A stretch of 64,000 nt of DNA from Eledone cirrhosa (Eukaryota). The notes under the pieces are model-generated. The model was not told the origin of the DNA. It saw only the letters and a program-made list of their open reading frames with translations, and ran no database searches. Numbering within the stretch: position 1 is the stretch's first letter; the number at the start of each line of letters is the position of its first letter. Shown here piece by piece: positions 54,201 through 64,000 of the stretch. The position numbers and the translations under genes were made by a program. Where the stretch lies: positions 9,610,001 through 9,674,000 of the forward strand of contig OZ024759.1 in assembly GCA_964016885.1 (NCBI GenBank). The letters run 5' to 3'.

Positions 54201-54232
54201 AATATAAATATATATATATGTATTTTTCTTAG

Positions 54233-54328
54233 GTTATACAGAAATTGATGCATCTGTCCAAGCTATTCTTACCAACCCAAACTTTCTTGGTGGTTTGTTG
54301 GCCATGATATTAGATAATGCCTGGCCAG
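54233..54328 (+). CDS. SLC23A: SLC23 exon (GYTEIDASVQAILTNPNFLGGLLAMILDNAWPG); gene continues beyond this exon, terminal exon not found in window
   Basis: tcttag|GT ... CCA G|gtatag; phase 1 to 1; C-terminal 'F.GG.....LDN..PG' motif of SLC23. Confidence 0.93.
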
Positions 54329-54374
54329 GTATAGTACTTATATACTTTTCCACTCTTCTTAACATTTACTAATT

Positions 54375-55190
54375 CACTCTGCCATTAAATGGTAAATAGT
54401 AAACTCTGCAATTAAATGGTAAATAGTAAACTCTGCCATTAAATGGTAAATAGTAAACTCTGCCATTAAATGGTAAATAGTAAACTCTGTCATTAAATGG
54501 TAAATAGTAAACTCTGCCATTAAATGGTAAATAGTAAACTGTCATTAAATGGTAAATAGTAAACTCTGCCATTAAATGGTAAATAGTAAACTCTGCCATT
54601 AAATGGTAAATAGTAAACTCTGCCATTAAATGGTAAATAGTAAACTCTGCCATTAAATGGTAAATAGTAAACTCTGCCATTAAATGGTAAATAGTAAACT
54701 CTGTCATTAAATGGTAAATAGTAAACTCTGCCATTAAATGGTAAATAGTAAACTCTGCCATTAAATGGTAAATAGTAAACTCTGCCATTAAATGGTAAAT
54801 AGTAAATTCTGCCATTAAATGGTAAATAGTAAACTCTGCCATTAAATGGTAAATAGTAAACTCTGCCATTAAATGGTAAATAGTAAACTCTGCCATTAAA
54901 TGGTAAATAGTAAACTCTGCCATTAAATGGTAAATAGTAAACTCTGTCATTAAATGGTAAATAGTAAACTCTGCAATTAAATGGTAAATAGTAAACTCTG
55001 CAATTAAATGGTAAATAGTAAACTCTGCCATTAAATGGTAAATAGTAAACTCTGTCATTAAATGGTAAATAGTAAACTCTGCCATTAAATGGTAAATAGT
55101 AAACTCTGCCATTAAATGGTAAACAGTAAACTATGCTATCAAGTTGTAAATTATGCCATTAAATTGTAAACTCTGCCATTAAATGGTACC
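54375..55190. repeat. 27-bp satellite (ACTCTGCCATTAAATGGTAAATAGTAA), about 30 copies
   Basis: Direct periodicity. Confidence 0.96.
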
Positions 55191-55396
55191 AACTTATAGC
55201 TTCTGCCAGCAGTTGCGTACAGTAGATAGTATCAGCAATGGAAAGTCTAATGGAAACATTGTTTCCTTGGTCCAACTTGATGGCTTCCACTCCACTCAGT
55301 AAGTGAATAAGATCTGGCATGTTGTAGATCTAATTTTATATCTAGGCTGTCTGTATTGTTGTAAAGTAAGTACCTTGACCAGGGGTGGAAAGACAC

Positions 55397-58300
55397 ATCA
55401 GAACATGGACTGTCACCTCTGTTGATCAGAACATGGACTGTCATCTCTGTTGACCAGAGCGTGAACTGTCACATCTGTTGACCAGAGCATGGACTGTCAC
55501 CTCTGTTGACCAGAACATGGACTGTCACCTCTGTTGACCAGAGCATGGACTGTCATCTCTGTTGACCAGAGCGTGAACTGTCACATCTGTTGACCAGAAC
55601 ATGGACTGTCACCTCTGTTGACCAGAACGTGGACTGTCACATCTGTTGACCAGAGCGTGGACTGTCACCTCTGTTGACCAGAGCGTGGACTGTCACCTCT
55701 GTTGACCAGAGCGTGGACTGTCACCTCTGTTGACCAGAACGTGGACTGTCACCTCTGTTGACCAGAACATGGACTGTCACCTCTGCTGACCAGAGCGTGG
55801 ACTGTCACCTCTGTTGACCAGAACGTGGACTGTCACCTCTGTTGACCAGAACGTGGACTGTCACCTCTGCTGACCAGAACGTACACTGTCACCTCTGTTG
55901 ACCAGAACGTGGACTGTCACCTCTGCTGACCAGAACGTGGACTGTCACCTCTGCTGACCAGAACGTGGACTGTCACCTCTGTTGACCAGAACATGGACTG
56001 TCACCTCTGTTGACCAGAACGTGGACTGTCACCTCTGTTGACCAGAACGTGGACTGTCACCTCTGTTGATTAGAGCATGGACTGTCACCTCTGTTGACCA
56101 GAACGTGGACTGTCACCTCTGTTGACCAGAACATGGACTGTCACCTCTGTTGACCAGAACGTGGACTGTCACCTCTGTTGACCAGAACGTGGACTGTCAC
56201 CTCTGTTGACCAGAACATGGACTGTCACCTCTGATGACCAGAACGTGGACTGTCACCTCTGTTGACCAGAACGTGGACTGTCACCTCTGTTGACCAGAAC
56301 ATGGACTGTCACCTCTGTTGACCAGAGCATGGACTGTCACCTCTGTTGACCAGAACGTGGACTGTCACCTCTGTTGACCAGAACATGGACTGTCACCTCT
56401 GTTGACCAGAACATGGACTGTCACCTCTGTTGACCAGAACGTGGACTGTCACCTCTGTTGACCAGAACATGGACTGTCACCTCTGTTGACCAGAACGTGG
56501 ACTGTCACCTCTGTTGACCAGAACGTGGACTGTCACCTCTGTTGACCAGAACATGGACTGTCACCTCTGTTGACCAGAACATGGACTGTCACCTCTGCTG
56601 ACCAGAACATGGACTGTCACCTCTGCTGACCAGAACGTGGACTGTCACCTCTGTTGACCAGAACGTGGACTGTCACCTCTGTTGACCAGAACGTGGACTG
56701 TCACCTCTGCTGACCAGAACGTGGACTGTCACCTCTGTTGACCAGAGCGTGGACTGTCACCTCTGTTGACCAGAACATGGACTGTCACCTCTGTTGACCA
56801 GAGCGTGGACTGTCACCTCTGTTGACCAGATCATGGACTGTCACCTTTGTTGACCAGAGCATGGACTGTCACCTCTGCTGACCAGAACGTGGACTGTCAC
56901 CTCTGTTGACCAGAGCGTGGACTGTCACCTCTGCTGACCAGAACATAGACTGTCACCTCTGCTGACCAGAACGTGGACTGTCACCTCTGTTGACCAGAAC
57001 GTGGACTGTCACCTCTGTTGACCAGAACGTGGACTGTCACCTCTTGACCAGAACATGGACTGTCACCTCTGTTGACCAGAAGATGGACTGTTACCTCTGT
57101 TGACCAGAAGATGGACTGTTACCTCTGTTGAGCAGACTGGACTGTCACCTCTTGACCAGAACATGGACTGTCACCTCTCTTGACCAGAGTGTGGACTGTC
57201 ACCTTTGTTGACCAGAACGTGGACTGTCACCTCTGCTGACCAGAACGTGGACTGTCATCTGTTGACCAGAACGTGGACTGTCACCTCTGTTGACCAGAAC
57301 GTGGACTGTCACCTCTGTTGACCAGAACGTGGACTGTAACCTCTGTTGACCAGAACATGGACTGTCACCTCTGTTGACCAGAACATGGACTGTCACCTCT
57401 GTTGACCAGAACATGGAGTGTCACCTCTGTTGACCAGGGTGTGGACTGTCACATCTGTTGACCAGAGCATGGACTGTCACCTCTGTTGACCAGAGCATGG
57501 ACTGTCACCTCTGTTGACCAGAACGTGGACTGTCACCTCTGTTGACCAGAACGTGGACTGTCACATCTGTTGACCAGAACGTGGACTGTCACCTCTGTTG
57601 ACCAGAACGTGGACTGTCACCTCTGTTGACCAGAAGTGGACTGTCACCTCTGTTGACCAGAACGTGGACTGTCACCTCTGTTGACCAGAACGTGGACTGT
57701 CACCTCTGTTGACCAGAACGTGGACTGTCACCTCTGTTGACCAGAACGTGGACTGTCACCTCTGCTGACCAGAACGTAGACTGTCACCTCTGTTGACCAG
57801 AACATGGACTGTCACCTCTGTTGACCAGAACATGGACTGTCACCTCTGTTGACCAGAGCATGGACTGTCACCTCTGTTGACCAGAGCATGGACTGTCACC
57901 TCTGTTGACCAGAGCATGGACTGTCACCTCTGTTGACCAGAGCATGGACTGTCACCTCTGTTGACCAGAACATGGACTGTCACCTCTGTTGACCAGAACA
58001 TGGACTGTCACCTCTGCTGACCAGAACGTGGACTGTCACCTCTGTTGAACAGAACGTGGACTGTCACCTCTGTTGACCAGGGTGTGGACTGTCACATCTG
58101 TTGACCAGAGCATGGACTGTCACCTCTGTTGACCAGAACATGGACTGTCACCTCTGCTGACCAGAACGTGGACTGTCACCTCTGTTGACCAGGGTGTGGA
58201 CTGTCACATCTGTTGACCAGAGCATGGACTGTCACCTCTGTTGACCAGAACGTGGACTGTCACCTCTGTTGACCAGGGTGTGGACTGTCACATCTGTTGA

Positions 58301-61300
58301 CCAGAGCATGGACTGTCACCTCTGTTGACCAGAGCATGGACTGTCACCTTTGTTGACCAGAAGATGGACTGTCACCTGTGTTGACCAGAACATGGACTGT
58401 CACCTCTGTTGACCAGAACGTGGACTGTCACCTTTGTTGACCAGAACGTGGACTGTCACCTGTTGACCAGAACATGGACTGTCACCTCTGCTGACCAGAA
58501 CGTGGACTGTCACCTCAGTTAACCAGAACATGGACTGTCACCTCTGCTGACCAGAACATGGACTGTCACCTCTGTTGACCAGAGCATGGACTGTCACCTC
58601 TGTTGACCAGAACATGGACTGTCACCTTTGTTGACCAGGGTGTGGACTGTCACATCTGTTGACCAGAGCATGGACTGTCACCTCTGTTGACCAGAGCATG
58701 GACTGTCACCTCTGTTGACCAGAAGATGGACTGTCACCTCTGTTGACCAGAACATGGACTGTCACCTCTGTTGACCAGAACGTGGACTGTCACCTCTGTT
58801 GACCAGAAGATGGACTGTCACCTCTGTTGACCAGAACGTGGACTGTCACCTCTGTTGACCAGAACGTGGACTGTCACCTCTGTTGACCAGAACATGGACT
58901 GTCACCTTTGTTGACCAGAAGATGGACTGTCACCTCTGTTGACCAGAAGATGGACTGTCACCTCTGTTGACCAGAACATGGACTGTCACCTTTGTTGACC
59001 AGAAGATGGACTGTCACCTCTGTTGACCAGAACGTGGACTGTCACCTCTGTTGACCAGAACGTGGACTGTCACCTCTGTTGACCAGAACGTGGACTGTCA
59101 CCTCTGTTGACCAGAACGTGGACTGTCACCTCTGTTGACCAGAACGTGGACTGTCACCTCTGTTGACCAGAAGATGGACTGTCACCTCTGTTGACCAGAA
59201 CGTGGACTGTCACCTCTGTTGACCAGAACGTGGACTGTCACCTCTGTTGACCAGAACATGGACTGTCACCTTTGTTGACCAGAAGATGGACTGTCACCTC
59301 TGTTGACCGGAACATGGACTGTCACCTCTGTTGACCAGAACATGGACTGTCACCTCTGTTGACCAGAACGTGGACTGTCACCTCTGTTGACCAGAACGTG
59401 GACTGTCACCTCTGTTGACCAGAACGTGGACTGTCACCTCTGTTGACCAGAACGTGGACTGTCACCTCTGTTGACCAGAACGTGGACTGTCACCTCTGTT
59501 GACCAGAAGATGGACTGTCACCTCTGTTGACCAGAACGTGGACTGTCACCTCTGTTGACCAGAACGTGGACTGTCACCTCTGTTGACCAGAAGATGGACT
59601 GTCACCTCTGTTGACCAGAACGTGGACTGTCACCTCTGTTGACCAAAACATGGACTGTCACCTCTGTTGACCAGAACGTGGACTGTCACCTCTGTTGACC
59701 AGAACATGGACTGTCACCTCTGTTGACCAGAACGTGGACTGTCACCTCTGTTGACCAAAACATGGACTGTCACCTCTGTTGACCAGAACGTGGACTGTCA
59801 CCTCTGTTGACCAGAACATGGACTGTCACCTTTGTTGACCAGAAGATGGACTGTCACCTCTGTTGACCAGAAGATGGACTGTCACCTCTGTTGACCAGAA
59901 CGTGGACTGTCACCTTTGTTGACCAGAAGATGGACTGTCACCTCTGTTGACCAGAACATGGACTGTCACCTCTGTTGACCAGAACGTGGACTGTCACCTC
60001 TGTTGACCAGAACGTGGACTGTCACCTCTGTTGACCAGAACGTGGACTGTCACCTCTGTTGACCAGAACGTGGACTGTCACCTCTGTTGACCAGAACGTG
60101 GACTGTCACCTCTGTTGACCAGAACGTGGACTGTCACCTCTGTTGACCAGAACGTGGACTGTCACCTCTGTTGACCAAAACATGGACTGTCACCTCTGTT
60201 GACCAGAACGTGGACTGTCACCTCTGTTGACCAGAACATGGACTGTCACCTCTGTTGACCAGAAGATGGACTGTCACCTCTGTTGACCAGAAGATGGACT
60301 GTCACCTCTGTTGACCAGAACGTGGACTGTCACCTTTGTTGACCAGAAGATGGACTGTCACCTCTGTTGACCAGAACATGGACTGTCACCTCTGTTGACC
60401 AGAACGTGGACTGTCACCTCTGTTGACCAGAACGTGGACTGTCACCTCTGTTGACCAGAACGTGGACTGTCACCTCTGTTGACCAGAACGTGGACTGTCA
60501 CCTCTGTTGACCAGAACGTGGACTGTCACCTCTGTTGACCAGAACGTGGACTGTCACCTCTGTTGACCAGAACGTGGACTGTCACCTCTGTTGACCAGAA
60601 CATGGACTGTCACCTCTGTTGACCAGAACATGGACTGTCACCTCTGTTGACCAGGGTGTGGACTGTCACATCTGTTGACCAGAGCATGGACTGTCACCTG
60701 TTGACCAGAACATGGACTGTCACTTGTTGACCAGAACGTGGACTGTCACCTCTGTTGACCAGAACGTGGACTGTCACCTCTGTTGACCAGAACGTGGACT
60801 GTCACCTGTTGACCAGAACGTGGACTGTCACCTCTGTTGACCAGAACGTGGACTGTCACCTCTGCTGACCAGAACATGGACTGTCACCTCTGTTGACCAG
60901 AACATGGACTGTCACCTGTTGACCAGAACATGGACTGTCACCTCTGTTGACCAGAACATGGACTGTCACCTCTGTTGACCAGAACGTGGACTGTCACCTC
61001 TGTTGACCAGAACATGGACTGTCACCTCTGTTGACCAGAACATGGACTGTCACCTCTGTTGACCAGAACATGGACTGTCACCTCTGTTGACCAGAGCGTG
61101 GACTGTCACCTCTGTTGACCAGAACGTGGACTGTCACCTCTGTTGACCAGAACGTGGACTGTCACCTCTGTTGACCAGAACGTGGACTGTCACCTCTGTT
61201 GACCAGAACGTGGACTGTCACCTCTGTTGACCAGAACATGGACTGTCACCTCTGTTGACCAGAGCATGGACTGTCACCTCTGTTGACCAGAACGTGGACT

Positions 61301-62292
61301 GTCACCTCTGTTGACCAGAACATGGACTGTCACCTCTGTTGACCAGAACATGGACTGTCACCTCTGTTGACCAGAACGTGGACTGTCACCTGTTGACCAG
61401 AACATGGACTGTCACCTCTGTTGACCAGAACATGGACTGTCACCTCTGTTGACCAGAACATGGACTGTCACCTCTGTTGACCAGAACATGGACTGTCACC
61501 TCTGTTGACCAGAACATGGACTCTCACCTCTGTTGACCAGAACATGGACTGTCACCTCTGTTGACCAGAGCATGGACTGTCACCTCTGTTGACCAGAGCA
61601 TGGACTGTCACCTCTGTTGACCAGAGCATGGACTGTCACCTCTGTTGACCAGAGCATGGACTGTCACCTCTGTTGACCAGAACATGGACTGTCACCTCTG
61701 TTGACCAGAACATGGACTGTCACCTCTGTTGACCAGAACATGGACTGTCACCTCTGTTGACCAGAACGTGGACTGTCACCTCTGTTGACCAGAGCGTGGA
61801 CTGTCACCTCTGTTGACCAGAACGTGGACTGTCACCTCTGTTAGCCAGAACATGGACTGTCACCTCTGTTGACCAGAACGTGGACTGTCACCTCTGTTGA
61901 CCAGAACGTGGACTGTCACCTCTGTTGACCAGAGCGTGGACTGTCACCTCTGTTGACCAGAGCGTGGACTGTCACCTCTGTTGACCAGAGCGTGGACTGT
62001 CACCTCTGTTGACCAGAACGTGGACTGTCACCTCTGTTGACCAGAACGTGGACTGTCACCTCTGTTGACCAGAGCGTGGACTGTCACCTCTGTTGACCAG
62101 AACATGGGCTGTCACCTCTGTTGACCAGAACGTGGACTGTCACCTCTGTTGACCAGAACGTGGACTGTCACCTCTGTTGACCAGAACATGGACTGTCACC
62201 TCTGCTGACCAGAACGTGGACTGTCACCTCTGTTGACCAGAACGTGGACTGTCACCTCTGTTGACCAGAACATAGATTGTCACCTTTGTTGA
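55397..62292. repeat. About 6.9 kb 28-bp satellite (GACCAGAACRTGGACTGTCACCTCTGTT), about 245 copies
   Basis: Direct periodicity. Confidence 0.98.
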
Positions 62293-62339
62293 TAACTTTG
62301 AAAGGTTTTGGCCAGTATTAATCCAGGCCATGTCTAACA

Positions 62340-64000
62340 TAACCCTTCAGCATTTAAACCGACCATATCCAGCCAGAGTTCTGTCACTTCTTTCTGTTCA
62401 AACTGGCTGTAACTGGCCACTCATAATATCAAGGATACGGTATTGCTCTCAAAATAAATATCAAAATCTCCTAGATTCAACATTATGTGAGGTAAAGTCT
62501 TTTCTGTGAAAATACAATAGTATATATAGAGTAATGTAAATGTTATGTGAGATATTATGTGAGGTAAAGCCTTTACTGTGAAAATACAATAGTATATATA
62601 GAGTAATGTAAATGTTATGTGAGATATTATGTGAGGTAAAGCCTTTACTGTGACAATACAATAGTATATATAGAGTAATGTAAATGTTATGTGAGATATT
62701 ATGTGAGGTAAAGCCTTTACCATGAAAATACAATAGTATATATAGAGTAATGTAAATGTTATGTGAGATATTATGTGAGGTAAAGCCTTTACTGTGAAAA
62801 TACAATAGTATATATAGAGTAATGTAAATGTTATGTGAGATATTGTGTGAGGTAAAGCCTTTACTGTGAAAATACAATAGTATATATAGAGTAATGTAAA
62901 TGTTATGTGAGGTATTATGTGAGGTAAAGCCTTTACTGTGAAAATACAATAGTATATATAGAGTAATGTAAATGTGATGTGAGATATTATGTGAGGTAAA
63001 GCCTTTACTGTGACAATACAATAGTATATATAGAGTAATGTAAATGTTATGTGAGGTATTATGTGAGGTAAAGCCTTTACTGTGACAATACAATAGTATA
63101 TATAGAGTAATGTAAATGTTATGTGAGGTATTATGTGAGGTAAAGCCTTTACTGTGACAATACAATAGTATATATAGAGTAATATAAATGTTATGTGAGA
63201 TATTATGTGAGGTAAAGCCTTTACTGTGACAATACAATAGTATATATAGAGTAATGTAAATGTTATGTGAGATATTATGTGAGGTAAAGCCTTTACTGTG
63301 ACAATACAATAGTATATATAGAGTAATGTAAATGTTATGTGAGGTATTATGTGAGGTAAAGCCTTTACTGTGACAATACAATAGTATATATAGAGTAATG
63401 TAAATGTTATGTGAGATATTATGTGAGGTAAAGCCTTTACTGTGACAATACAATAGTATATATAGAGTAATGTAAATGTTATGTGAGATATTATGTGAGG
63501 TAAAGCCTTTACTGTGACAATACAATAGTATATATAGAGTAATGTAAATGTTATGTGAGATATTATGTGAGGTAAAGCCTTTACTGTGACAATACAATAG
63601 TATATATAGAGTAATGTAAATGTTATGTGAGGTATTATGTGAGGTAAAGCCTTTACTGTGACAATACAATAGTATATATAGAGTAATGTAAATGTTATGT
63701 GAGATATTATGAGGTAAAGCCTTTACTGTGAAAATACAATAGTATATATAGAATAATGTAAATGGTATGTGAGGTATTATGTGAGGTAATGTCTTTACTG
63801 TGAAAATACAATAGTATATATAGAGTAATGTAAATGGTATGTGAGGTATTATGTGAGGTAATGTCTTTACTGTGAAAATACAATAGTATATATAGAGTAA
63901 TGTAAATGTTATGTGAGATATTATGTGAGGTAAAGTCTTTACTTTGAAAATACAATAGTATATATAGAGTAATGTAAATGTTATGTGAGGTATTATGTGA
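62340..64000 (-). mobile_element. piggyBac-like MITE (reverse) with the 72-bp unit amplified more than 20-fold, running off the window end
   Basis: taacccttcagcatttaaacc TIR-like end; unit is the reverse complement of the array in 31887-32977. Confidence 0.85.

Noticed and set aside
47967-55112. Cys/His-rich repeat ORFs (467, 429, 330, 247 aa) resembling metal-binding proteins
   Set aside because: Unit lengths divisible by 3 (78, 48, 27 bp) in intronic satellites, with frameshifting unit variants.
55190-55400. Possible terminal SLC23 exon
   Set aside because: No phase-1 acceptor followed by the expected 'GT.EERG'-like C-terminus; the region matches a dispersed repeat.
55397-62292. CRISPR-like appearance of 26-40 bp repeats
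   Set aside because: Head-to-tail repeats with no unique spacers, no cas genes, eukaryotic context.

Overview
Animal genomic DNA, very AT-rich and dominated by microsatellites, satellites, tRNA-derived SINEs and RTE LINE relics. This repeat landscape suggests an octopus/cephalopod (inference). The only host gene is a + strand SLC23/NAT-family (nucleobase-ascorbate transporter, SVCT-like) gene. I can trace 10 confident coding exons (17007-54328) and one candidate first exon (2868-2889). All have GT-AG boundaries with consistent phases, giving about 566 codons; the last exon is not found and probably lies beyond the window. The substrate-binding motifs are atypical (QQ instead of QH, DSIADY, G-N-I-G NAT motif). 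Introns are filled with more than a dozen distinct tandem arrays (13-104 bp units), several grown inside SINEs or MITEs. The most striking unannotated signal is three sequence-unrelated foldback elements (405-781, 6973-7139, 36694-37046) next to (TA)n tracts. Each carries an outward-facing pair of type I hammerhead-ribozyme folds (two canonical, one degenerate), consistent with Penelope-like inverted pLTR or retrozyme-like elements. Almost all long ORFs in the supplied track are repeat artefacts.
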